Shown in pieces: positions 34,001 to 47,187 of a DNA stretch of 64,000 nt. The translations under genes and the position numbers were made by a program. The notes under the pieces are model-generated. The model ran no database searches. It was not told where the DNA came from and saw nothing but the letters and a program-made list of their open reading frames with translations. How positions within the stretch are numbered: the first letter of the stretch is position 1; the number at the start of each line of letters is the position of its first letter. Source of the DNA: Fimbriosthenelais zetlandica (Eukaryota); assembly GCA_977030845.1 (NCBI GenBank), contig OZ365111.1, forward strand, positions 41,912,001-41,976,000. Direction: 5' to 3'.

Positions 34001-37000
34001 GAGTGTGGCCACGGCTTTGTTTTCCGGGTCCACCTCATAGGGCCTATCTGGTGGGTTGCTGCTCTGGCTACCACCCTGCTGACTAGCTGGTCTTTCTGAC
34101 ATGTCTTTGCCTGGAAGTACAGCCTGGCGACTAGAGGAGTTCATCTGGGGGCTGGCATTCATGTGAGTCCTCACTATACTGCTGTTACTGATGTAGGTCT
34201 CGCTGGTTGCCGAGCTGGACACTGAGTGGACAATGTCCATTTTCTTCTCGCTGCCGCCGTCGTGGTGGGCAGACGAAGCGGGTGGGCCTTCGTCAGCGCT
34301 CAGTGTGGCGCTGCTGTCATAGTCAGGGATGCTCCGGAGTGAGCCCTGGGAGGCTGAGAGGGTAGGGTTGGTGGTGCTCAGACCATCCGGTGGTTTGTGG
34401 TCCTCCACTACTAGTTTCTCCTCCTTCTTCACTTCGTCTATTTCCATGGCGTCTACAGTTGAGCTGTCATGGCCTGAAAAAAAAATAGATATCCCCATAA
34501 GATCCAGATTTGGGTGAAAATACCTTTCAAAATTTTTAAAAAGCAGAGATATCTACGGTTCCCAAATTTGAGAGCCTAATACGTATTGCTGTGTCTGATT
34601 TTCTCATTCCATTTTCCTTATGTTCCTTTGGCTAATTCAGATTAAATTAATTAAATCCATTAAAAAAACATTAAGAAATCTCACGTTGGTCAGAGCGTTG
34701 TGTGGGTAGAGGGCTGGGGGCGCTGGCCGTGTCTGAGCTCTCATCGTTATCTTCTCCGTTATCTTCATCACTAGATGAGAGATCCTCCTCAGACGGCGCC
34801 GTGATGGTCGAGGCTACACTCTCAGATATAGATACAGTCCTACCGTCACTCCCATCACGAACAGACTTCAATTAAAAAACAAAATATAAATTTATTGAAA
34901 AAAGTCAATGTTAAAACCATCTTGTTAAAAAACACTCAGGCTACAACCAAAGGTCGATTTACACTTTTACACTTTGTCACACTTGGGTTTTCAGCGAGCT
35001 GTTATCATTTGACCCCGGGGCACCAATTTGAAAGTTGGAATGAATTTCAAAATGAAGACTTTGTATTTGGTGAATAATAAATTGTAGTTCATTCAACTAT
35101 CACGTCATAAACCTAAGCCAAGTTATGTTAAATTAACATACAATAAAACGTATAGAGGACGCAAGAAATATGGAGTCTACAATATAGTTCTCACCTTTGT
35201 TCTCCTATGTTCTTCGACAAGTTGTTCAAGACTAAACTTGCGCTTGTAGTTGAAGTAAAAGTTTTTACATTGCGCCTCACTCTTGGTACCCACAGTGGAG
35301 GATATGGCCGACCAGTCCCGCCCGTGTTCACGCAGGCCCTGCTTGGCTATCTCCATCTCTTCTTCTGTCCACCTTGGTGTCTCCACCAATTCTGAAAACG
35401 ATAGAACATCATGGCTCTTTTTATTTTTATTTTTAAAATTTATTGAAATCTATGACATTTTTAGGTCGACCATCTCCAAGGGAAACACGCTACCGGTAGA
35501 TAATGGCTGCTCTTCTCGAACGGCAGCAAAATTGTTCTTTACATGCCTTTCGCCAGACAGTGGGAAACATGGCTGATCTTTTCAGTTTCATATCCCAGTT
35601 AACACCACTGCGGGTTAAGAACCTTGATATGTAGGAAAGGTTTTAGTCGTAATTCAGTGGTAACTTACCATCGGAATGCTCTGAAACTAAGGGAACCAAG
35701 GGTTCATTTGTTTGTGGGTTGTTTCCTAGACGCCTGGCCATCCGGTTGAAACAAGCCGAACAGCACTTGGTGATATCATCAGTTAGTTCTGCAATTAATC
35801 AAAACGAAATTTAACCGCCAAGCAATAAATTTTGTCAAAATGTTGAAGTAAGTTCTATCGTTAGGCACCTAATTTGCATTTATGAAATGAGGAAATTTCT
35901 GTATACTACAAATGATCATCTATAAATAGCCATTTGTATTTTCTTAACTAGCTCAAAAGTATTTATGACTCAAGTTGATACTCACGTAATTCTTTGATGA
36001 TAGGATCTTTAATTTCTGCAGAGAGCTCTGTCCATTTATTAGGAAGAGGTCGTAATCGCTTCACTTTACGTTTTGGCGTCTTGCACATGGGTACAGGACA
36101 GCTATGAGGAAAAAATAGAGTTAGAGTTAAAATATTGCTATCAGATCCCCACATGTGTGTACCCCCGGCTAATTAAATGTAGAATGGATTTAATGATTTT
36201 ATGCTTTTACAAAATCAAGGACTCACTGAGTGTATCTTTTCCTCACAGACCGACACCGGCATGAGCTACAGACGCGCATGTCCATGGTAAGTTCCTCCTC
36301 TTTGATGCCGTAGTTCTCACAGTTGGATTTGGTGAGCGGTCTGGAACGAGCGTAGTGCTCCAACTCGGACTTGCACACTGCACACATGTGTGTACCAGCA
36401 CCTGATGGGGGGAAATAATAGATGCTCTAACTCACAATATATATTTATATTATAAGCCTGCCAAGCTAATAGAAGACTTGAATGGTATTTTATGGTATTA
36501 TCCGATAGACGCCTAAATTATGCCCTAGAAAACAATTTTCTTTCAAGATGAGAATGATATTTTGGCCATGAATTGAATGAAGGAAATAAAACATCCTTCC
36601 TCGGCCAAGGGAGAAATTTCTCATGTGATATTCCGTCCAACCACAAAATAAATTTCTCAACCAATGTTAAGACAGGACCGACCTTGATCACCCTGCTCCC
36701 TGTTCACCCCTTCCTCTGCAGGCTCTGTCTTCACCTCTGTCTTGATCTCTGTCTTGATATTATCTTCCATTGAAGACGTCTGTTGGCTGGTGATTGGACT
36801 AGGCGTGGGCGTGGAGGAAGCTGGGGTGAATGTTGACGTCACTGCTGTCACTGGCTGTGACAGTGGTGCCACGCTGGTGACAGCCTGCTGGGAGGCGGTG
36901 GTTACCGGCATGATGGTGGTGGTGGTGGTGCTGGTTGTCAGGGTGGTGGCCGTGGTGCCGGAGGTTGAGGCGGCGGCGACGGCGGCGGCGTTGGCGGCAG

Positions 37001-40000
37001 TGGTAGCCACCACTGAGGAGGCTGCCAAGCGAAGTCGGTCCCGTTCCTCTGCTGGTTTCCTCTCTCTATACACAGAGAAGGGCACCTTACTAGAAAGGTT
37101 TGTAGCAAAGAAAAAACAAACAAATGGGATAGAAGAGATTAGTCAGTGGTTACGGGCAGCCAGACCAGAAGGATGTGGTTAGTTTAAAAAAAAATAAAGG
37201 TGAGCCACAGTGAGGAAATATTGACGGATCTCGATACCACAGACGATTATTTCGGTTGTTTAAGCGATGTTAAACTTCGATATCGGATCGATGATCGAGA
37301 TTCATGCTGTTTTAACTAGATTTTTTTTAATTGGAAATGACTGGTAAAATCTGGTGAATCAACTTTGGTTCTGTAAAATGACCAGTCACAATGTAATAAG
37401 CTGCCCCCAAAATAAGAGCAGTGGAGTAGAGGTGAACTAAAACTGTGTACAAAGAAAATATCGGTGAAAGTGTTGCTTTAAACTTAAAGGAAACACAAAA
37501 TATAACTCTGTGGTATAATCATAAACTCAATATTTCCAATATTGTAGCTCCCACCAAGAATGGTCGTGGATAAAAAGGTATCAATCTTTCCATAAAGCTT
37601 ATGATGAGGCATTTCAGGGAGATCCTTCTAATACCAAGATTGACCAGCCAAGCAAAATAAATCCCAGATGGGCCTCCACCTGCCTCCTACAGCCCTCAGA
37701 GTTCCCGCTCATCGATATTAAATCAAAAACAGGGGGGAATTGCGTTCGGTTATATTCCCAATTTGCTTATTAGTTCATATTTCGTGTGTACTTCCATTAG
37801 TTAAATTTCTATTTTCTTCCTATTAGTTTCACTGTACAAGGTTCGAGTTTCCAGAAAGGATGCTAGAAATATTATTTATTGTGATTTGTATTTTCGTCAA
37901 AAACGCCAAGAAATTCATGATTTGACGAAGATTTTTAAAGAAAATAATTTTAATCCCAATTTTAAATAGCCTAAGATAGGAATACACTAAATTAAATGCT
38001 CTTGTAAACAAGGGAGCGGGACAATTTTACAAAGTTTTCAAATTTAATTTAGTTATGAGAGGTTCCCTGGCAAGTTCAATGAGAGGGTGACATGCAAAGA
38101 ATACCCGGTACCCTGCAGGAAGCAAACTAGAGAGGACAGTTGCGGGAGGAGAAAAAATTGATGAGGACTCCATAAAAGATCATTCTTCATCATACTTTCC
38201 GTGTTTCCGAAAGTGTATGCATATTTTCTTATATTCTGATATTGTTGAAGTAAAGACTTATCACAATTCTTTCATCAAATTCAATACTAGCCAGGACGAT
38301 GAGAACTGGTATCCCTGAATTCACAACAACTAAACAATATTTGAAAACTGGTTAACGATTTACTGATTTTTGTAAAGTATGGGGAGTGAAAATCTAGGAT
38401 GGTGGCTTCCAGATTAAGTATTCTAAATTATCAATTTAGGCAACTGGCATGGGGTAGACAGATAATTAAAAGAAGTGAAGCTAAGGGTAGGAAAAACGTA
38501 GTGCGAGCGAGGAAGGGTAGGCGGAAGAGAGGGAAGGATTGGAGCGAGAGCGAGAGAGAGAGATAGAGACACTGAAGGAAGGGGGGGGGGGGGGGGGGTA
38601 AAGAAATAGGAGAGTAATGGCGATTGTGTGAGTGAATGTGTGAGTGAACGATGGTTATTCCAGACATCGCACTAATCGCCAGTGTCTTATATAGGTGAGG
38701 AAACAAGCTGTTGGACTAACAGACAGCTTTCCCCAACAGGCAACAATTTATCTTTTTCACGATTATCAATACTGACAGATGACAACATGGCTGGCCTTTT
38801 ATAGCCCAGTATTTGGGGGAAAGTAGGACTGCTTGGGGAATTGAACTGGGGACCTCAGGACTGTATTCAAGTCGAACACCCTACCGCCTGAGCCACGTCC
38901 AAATACCCCCAATGAGTAAGAGATTGAGTAAATAGGAGGGAGACGGGAGGGTGGACTAAAAAAATAAAAGTATAAAAAAACATACGGCGTCGTGTTGATG
39001 ATAGGGACTTGCTCCTGTGTTTCCTGCTTGTCTTCTTTTTCTTCAGAAGCACCAGGCCTTATAGGCTAGAAACAGAGAGATGATATATGTCAATGGGGAG
39101 AAAAAAAACTTAATTAAACAAAAATAAGCTGTCAGAAAGTCTGCTACAAAACTTGAAAAGGTTAGATTAGTTTTAAACTTTAAACTTTACAAAATTAGAT
39201 TGTATTTTATAATTATGAGTAATCATACAGAATATAATTTTCCTCGAATGACGATGGAAGAAGACGGACTAGATACACATATTTTAACGAAGGACCTACC
39301 TTAACGTGCTTAGGAAATTTCCGTTTTTTTACACTTTGTTTTCGTAGTAGTTGCTTGTAGTTCGCATTCTTTTTTGATAGGTAATAATACTGTACACAAT
39401 CTTGAACGCTCTGAAAGAGGAAGGATAAGATGAAATGTTACATGCTTAGTTGCTAACACGAAATGCGTAAATTTATGCATAAGAAAGTAAGGAACAAGGA
39501 GGAAGAAACGAAGGAAGGAAGGATGAATGATTCCTGCCAACCGTCCTTGAAAGATATTACTTAGGTATTGCTCTATCGAAAGGTTTTAAAAACATTCTTA
39601 AAACAAAAACAAAACTTCGCTTACTTTTCTATCTAGGAAAGAAGCTATGTAACCAAAGTTCTTCGGGTGTTGTAGAAAGCGTTCCTTGAAAAGATCCTTT
39701 TCTCCTTGGTTCCATACATTAAACACCTGTCGTTCCTTGTACTCGGCCATGGGATCTTCTATCAGGCCATTATTATTGTCGAAACATTGCTGCCTTTCCC
39801 GGGCATCCAGTAACATAGGCGGGATCACAGCGTAGCTTCGCATCTTCTTCTCCTCTTCCTGTTAAGAATTTTGATTAAATTGTTAGACGCTCTCACTATG
39901 AATTTGAAAACATGTCTAATAAAGTAGTTTTTACCAATTTATGCGGACCCAAATTTCAATACGGAGGAAATATATTTAAAGGTTGTGTTCTAGTTCTAGT

Positions 40001-42984
40001 TTGAGATGTACTTTGTCTTTCTTTAATACACATCTGATATCATAGCAAAAGCTCATAGCAAAACCTCTTCAGTCCATTAATTGTTATAACCTATAGACCT
40101 GTATAGGTATGTATTCCAGTATTCGATTGGAGCAATTTTAGCGATTGTTCAGAGCAGTAAAACAACTAATATCTAAAGTCTTACCTCTTGTTCATGCAGT
40201 CCGTCCATTATCTGTTCCAGCTCGGCCTCACTTCTGGCGTAGCCACCCACTCGATTATTAGCTCCTACTCGAGAGTGGTGAGCAGTATTGGCTTCAGCTC
40301 TGCAAAAGTATTCAGTTTGGACATATTTAGCAATGTGCCATACAGATAGGACAGATAAATATAAATTGAGATCAGGAGGACATTTAATGAACCTCTTAAG
40401 AAGATATCCTGAATATTTAGTTGAACATACATGTACCTTTGTATTCTTTCCTTGTCTTCCCTTTGCTTTTTAAGCTCAGGGAAAACTTTCTCAAAGAACT
40501 CCCGCGTCCGGGCATCCTTAGCCCTGTAAAGAAATGGGACACATATAAAATCAGATTTGGGAAGATTCGTGTATTTACGATCAAAAGCCGAAACAATTTC
40601 AAGGAAAAACAGGACACAATGCTATAGACCATTCTTTACCGTTTTTTGGCATTATTTTCTGAACGCTCCAGTCTCTTCAACCATCCTTGCATTAATTGGT
40701 CGTACCGATCGGTAAGATATCTCTCCTGGAAGAATAAAATACCACACATTTATTAACAAATTAGGAATATTAAATTTTACACCAACCAGTATACGCTAAA
40801 AGACTTCCAAGGGATTAACAATTTGGAAGCCTTTCACTTATTTGTAAAATGTATGGGACATACGTCTTTAGGAACTCTGCCAATGAGAGATGTGGTTCAG
40901 AACGCCTTAAAAGTTGGGTAACGTTTAGCATGTGGCCCAGACTTTCAATCTCGAAACTACTCCATACATATATTTATTAATATTCAGTCTTGTATGATAC
41001 CAAATTCAATACATACCCTCAACATCCTCGAATGATGTTTCTTCTTAAAATGAAGCAATAACCTTTTCTTAAATGTGTGATAACTGAAAGGAGGGAGAAT
41101 CGTACATTAAATATGTTATCATAAAAGGTAAATTTAATCGGGAGAGTTGGAATTGCCTAACTTTAAAACAGTATAACAGTTGTTTTGGTATATCTTACAG
41201 TAGAGACATGCTCAGGCATGTTTTGAAGATTATATCCCAACATTTTTCACATCGCAGGTTTTGAGTACAAGTTCAAAAATTAAGAGAATACATGTACTTA
41301 CTTTCTTTTGTTTTCGTGATATACGGGTGTGTCTGATGGTTGATTATATAAGGGCTGAAAAAGAGATGAAATTTGTTTACTAAGTGAATCATTCATGGCA
41401 TAGTTAATTACGATTTAATGGCTATCACGTTAGGTTAATTAGACCTCAATTATAATATTGAAAGAGGTGAAAATTGGGGTTTTAACTGATATGACTAGTA
41501 CATACCAATTCTATATTTTGTCCTAATTTCTTGAAAGAACTATGTGCTGAATCTGCCTTTTTCTGAAAAGAATAAAATATGGTAATATTTAATATTATAT
41601 TCAATAACATGTGCGAGGAGAAGCTAGACTCAAAAGACAATATTGAAATTAAAAGGTATATTTTCTTTCTAAACGCCAATCAAGAGAACAATTTCTCATC
41701 TACTCCGCTGTGATATTTAAACATATCCAAAAACAAGTTCCGAAAATAATAAAATATATTTCAATGGAAAGTCTTCACTTTCCAGAATCTAGCCTTTCAT
41801 TTCTTAAAAGTGAGATAAAAGTCAATTGCTTTTATACAGTACTCACTCTGTTTTCGGCATAAATAATTTGAGCCACGCTCTGATTCTTTGGCTCTGTAGA
41901 AATGATGTCAGCAACTGAGGATTTGACTTCCGGAGGTTTGGCTGCTTCTGCTTCAAATTCACCCTATAGAGTCAACATAAATGAGATTAGATCTTCAAAA
42001 GAGATTTTGGAGAGAGGAGGAGGGAGAGGGTGGAGGGTGAAATGAAGAGGGACAAAAGGAGGTGAAGAGAGGGAGGGAGGGAGGGAGAAAAGGGGAATTA
42101 TTTGTATAACATTACTTTAGGCAATTATTTTTCCTTCATATTTATTTCCGATGTATCTTAGGAAACATGGGAAATAGGCTTCTCTTACGAAACATGGGGA
42201 ATAGGCTTACATAATAGGCTTACATAATTTATGTGAAGGTCAAAACGTCATTAAATTACAGAACAAAGATTTCCGGAAAGATTCTTAATACATTGTGTTA
42301 ATGAGACCAGAAAAATAGTGTTACCTGTTTCTTTTTAAGTTTGGTGATGTGCATTTCAACTTTGTTTATATCTACATCGATCATATTGATTGATTTGAGC
42401 AGCTCTTCCTTGGAGGACTGGACATTGGAGAGTTCAGATTTGCTTTCTTCTGCAGGGAGGGTGGGAGAGATGGCCTCCACTTGTGGGGTGTATGCCGGCT
42501 CCTGGAACAAAATGAGAGTTCTTAACCCAAATAATAATTACTACAAATTTTATCTCACAGAGCTGTCCTCCAATGAGATTTTTTTCCTTGGCATTGATTT
42601 GAATACCTCTCCATTTTGGTCAATTTGTAATTATAATATTTTTTTTAATTGATGTCAAAATTATTTTGCTATTCAAAAATAAAAACTGAATTGTCTAAAT
42701 ATTCAACACATGTAAAACCACTGAAAATTCAGCGAATTTTCTCAATCTAAAAAGAGATTTAATACGCTCCTAATGATAACAATTTTAAAATCCTAAATAC
42801 TTATGCCACAACATCTCATCAATTGTTTATTATTTCTTTCATAATTTACCCTTTTGATTTCTTGGCTGCCTGTCACTATACGGAGTGGTTGCGTCAGCTC
42901 GGGCCGAGGCTCTACAGCCAGTTTGGGTCGCTTAGGAGGCGCCTGTTGGTGAGGAGGCGGCTGCTGTTGCTGCTGCTGCTGTTG

Positions 42985-43020
<36 letters not shown>

Positions 43021-46000
43021 AGGGGGAGGGGGAGGAGGAGGAGCGATGGTGGTCGGTCTGGGAATGAACTGGCTAGAAGTGACCACGTCACGGTCAGCAT
43101 AACTGTAGTGGTAATGCTGCTCCTGTGCATGTCTGCAGATATTAGGGGGAGATATTAAAACTAAGGGTTTTCAATAGACATGGGCCATCCCGTCATCCAG
43201 TCAGGTTAGATCAATTTAAGGTTAAGTTAAGAGCGTTGCCACGAAGGCGGTTTGCCCAATAATTCAATTTTCCCTTCCCTCACCTTTAAAATTATATTCT
43301 TTTACATTTTCCCTGAACCTTGTAAGACAGTTGTTTTTTTAATTTTCTTTTCGCAAGATCGATATCTAGGACCGTCTCACAATCTCTAGAAAATCTGCAT
43401 TTCCATGATATACTTGTATTTGCATCCATAATTATTTGTCCAAATATGAAAACCAACTGTACAAAAACAAGCAAACAATTAGCAAAGTACAGTTATTGTC
43501 ATCAGGTTTTTTCTATATCAGATAATTAAGGACATAAGGACGAATGATAATAATTTATATTCATATGCCAATTCCCTCTTGAGGGTTACATGAATTAAAA
43601 CTATCAAACACCAACAAATCTAGTTCCTGTGTATCATACCATACTTGGTTATTTCTATTTTTTCTTTTCAGATTTGGAAATGGCGGTATATTGAACAATA
43701 TTAAATTGTGTTCATATGTATATCAAACATGATCTTCGGCATAAGGATATGACACATGTATGTGAGATTATATAATCCTAATTACATGAAAGAGCTTATT
43801 AAATCAATGGCTTGCGATCACTAATTACCTCTCTCGCTCTAAAGCGGCTGCATGACTTGGAAAGTCAGCCAGAAGCGTGGGCCTTCGCCGCGTTGCCATC
43901 TCTATCTCTCTCCGGTAGTCACCACGCTCAGCCTGCAAAAAATATAAACACTGGTTAGTAAAAATAAACAGACAATGTGTTAACAAAGCTAAACAAATTG
44001 TAATGATTTCTTGACGCTGATTTGTCACCAAAAGAAATTTGGAAAGTTTATTATACAATTTTGGCTCGAATGACAGCAATGGTTATTTTCCATGCCTCTC
44101 ACCATCGACAGTGGGAGACATGGCTGGTCTTTGATAACCCAGTTAGCAGCGATAGGTGCAGAAGGGCATTGGCAAATTTGAAGAATACTTGCGAAATTTA
44201 ACCAACCTCCGACCAACGTACCCATCCCAGACAGTGCTACCTTTATAAGGAATATTACAAAGGTGTGCATATTTTTTTAAATATAAAATGTTTGTTTTCA
44301 CATTGTTTAAGTCCAGCCAACCATTTTACAGCTATCTCAGGACTAGAGCAAATTTATACACTACTCATTGTGTGGGTACACAATGGCCTACTGGAGAATA
44401 CTCAAATAAACAAATCCATCAATCATGTACACCTCACATGTCTTTATCTTTAATAGGAGATAGCAAAGGTCAAGTAGTCTAAATGAGAATGGGGACAGAT
44501 TGATAAAAGGTAAGTCTAAAACCCAAGCCACATGTGGAGTAAAAGTGGGATCGAACCCTTACATAATACGTTAAGTCAAAATGACACCCATTCCGATAAA
44601 CCAATACTAAGTACATTGTACATGGAAAATGGTCACGTAGACAAATGATCAATCTAATATATCCATGGGTCGATTGAACATTTCCAGGCATATTTTTCAA
44701 TCTTGAAGGAAGAAAATAATGCTGCTTTACCATTGAAAGTTACAAGTGGTTTAAATGGTTTATTTCAAACCAAAAAAATGTATATTATCATGCCCGTCTG
44801 TCTGTCTGTCTGTCTGTCTATTAAATGCATCAATAATCATGACACTCCCAAACCAGTTGACGATACATATATTGAACTCAGACATATTAAAATATACCAA
44901 CATATCTATTCCTTTGGTTCAAATGTTCAGGAAAAGCCAGATGTGAAGGATCCAGGGTGTGTGTGCCTTGCACTTGCCCCATGCTTGACCCTGAACTGGT
45001 GGGAAAATCCTTATCCCCTGAAAGCAGGCATCCGTATGTTATGGGAAGGAGGGATAGAGGGAAGAAGGTCTTAAAAGAACCGGGTCACAATTCACTACGA
45101 ACAATAGACCATCTAGGTCAGAGAAACTGGCCTGCAAACCAAGTCTCCATGAGATTCAGTACATATATATCCAAGTGGGGAAAGTCACCAAAGAAAATCG
45201 CCCTCTCCAGGCAAAATCAGGCCAACCAGAACAGATTTTCACTTGGCAGTGTCCTATGGCAAATAGGCGGATCCGAATGGACTGGGCTCGTTTCTGTAGG
45301 CAAGGATTGTGAAGCAGAACACCATGGCTGGGTGCCTGATCCCATCATGTCATAATATAGTACCTTGTTCCAGGACACAGTATTAACATACTCAAAGTGT
45401 GAGCTATAAATTCACCATTATGTACTATATTCAGCCCAAGTGTATATATAACTTGACCCGTCCAGCTTACTATTATTGTTTTTTTTTCCAAAACCAATCA
45501 AGTGTCAGAGTAATTCCGCCAATTGAATCCACCATTTGGCCTCCGCGACTTGGTTTAGTATACAAAGCAGGGCTTTGGTAAAGCCTGTAATATCCTCACA
45601 TTTCCTCCTCCTCCACCTCCCTCCTCCTCCTCCTCACACTCCAAAGTGGACTTTGTTCTTTGGACTTTTATATCAGACGGCATTGTTGCAGTGCAATATC
45701 TATGTGACCTCTGATAACAAACTTGTTGCTTGCTTTGCTTATCTTCCTCGTACACGCGTAAATGGAGAGTCTGTATACACATTTAGAATCTGGTGAGGAG
45801 ATGCAATTTGACCTACACTCAATTAGTTCATTATCTCGCATTTCACTCTCTCTTATCACTGCGTACATAATTGCATATCAATGGCAATATAGGGAGAAAG
45901 TAGTCACTGAGTGGTAAAGCATACATGTTCATTTCTTTAATTTTACAGCTCGTCTAAATTCCACCAAAGGAAATGTATAGGTTTATTTTCTGTATTGTAG

Positions 46001-47154
46001 ACTGTTGATACATTCACACCATACATGCATGCACACCTGCATTCAGGTTTGCATGCTTGAATGCATTTATCATGAATGGTATGCGTGCACATCGTGCATT
46101 GGACATGCATAGGGACAAAAGTACAGACATGTATATATTATATGCATACACCAGCCTGCATGCACAAATGTATAATATATGTACACGTACATGTCATATC
46201 ATAAAATATATAGCTAAAATTAATTGTAGGAAGGTTGGAATACTATAATTGTGTGACATTGTGTGACGGATAGAATGTCAAATAGTGCCATGACAAATCA
46301 TTCCCTTATCACATCCATGAATGATATTATATCAATCCATGATATTTTGTCCCAGCATTGGCCACGAGGTCTGACACACAAAGCGTTATCAGATATCAAT
46401 TCTTAACTGCAATATGTACCATAGGCCTAGAGATGTCTATGAATATATACCAGTATAAGTATCGACCCATATGAACTAAATTCTGGCACGAAAAAATGTA
46501 TTAGAAGTCACATTATAAGTTGTGTATAAATTAAATTCTATTCAGGGATAATGCACTTGTGAGTGGATTTTGTTATATAATGTATACATGTGGGCGAGGT
46601 CTTATATATTCTGATAAATTATTACCCCTATAAGTCTTCTTCATACAATGCATTATTATGTGGGCAGGGCGTGCGTGTGCACGTGTGTGCATGTGAAGCC
46701 AAGCATGTGTGTGCCGGTGGCATATTTTAAAATTTCATCAGACATTATCATTACGAACATTTCGGTAATAAAAGGTATTTTGATTTATTAATGCACTTCA
46801 AAATTAATATTTCACCAAAATTGTAGGAACATTTAGAATTCAATGTTGGGCTTTATCAAATAAATCAAAATGAAATTTTAAAATATTGTAATTATATTGT
46901 GTTTATATATAAATATGAAAATATATATATTCCACATTGCGCAAATGCAATAAATGTATTTTTCTTTGTAGGTCAGTGGATGGAGGGGAGGGGGGTGGGA
47001 GTAGATAAATCGGCTGATAACCAAACACACCATATAGTGACCCTTATCGAGTCACCGGGCGCCATCAGTGCCATATTTAACAGTCTAGTTGACCTCAGTG
47101 TTAGAAAAGTCTTAGCTTCGGTCTCAGTGACCTCCCTGGACAAATGCAGGGCTC

Positions 47155-47187
<33 letters not shown>

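Noticed and set aside
25197-37182. Many 60-165 aa ORFs antisense or out of frame to NCoR exons (e.g. 28627-29121, 31044-31430, 36742-37182)
   Set aside because: Shadow ORFs of GC-rich low-complexity coding exons, with no independent motifs or splice support.
44703-45355. Overlapping 123- and 132-aa ORFs in a NCoR intron as a nested gene
   Set aside because: No recognisable domain in the frames I translated, no clear splice or promoter context, and the composition is not protein-like.
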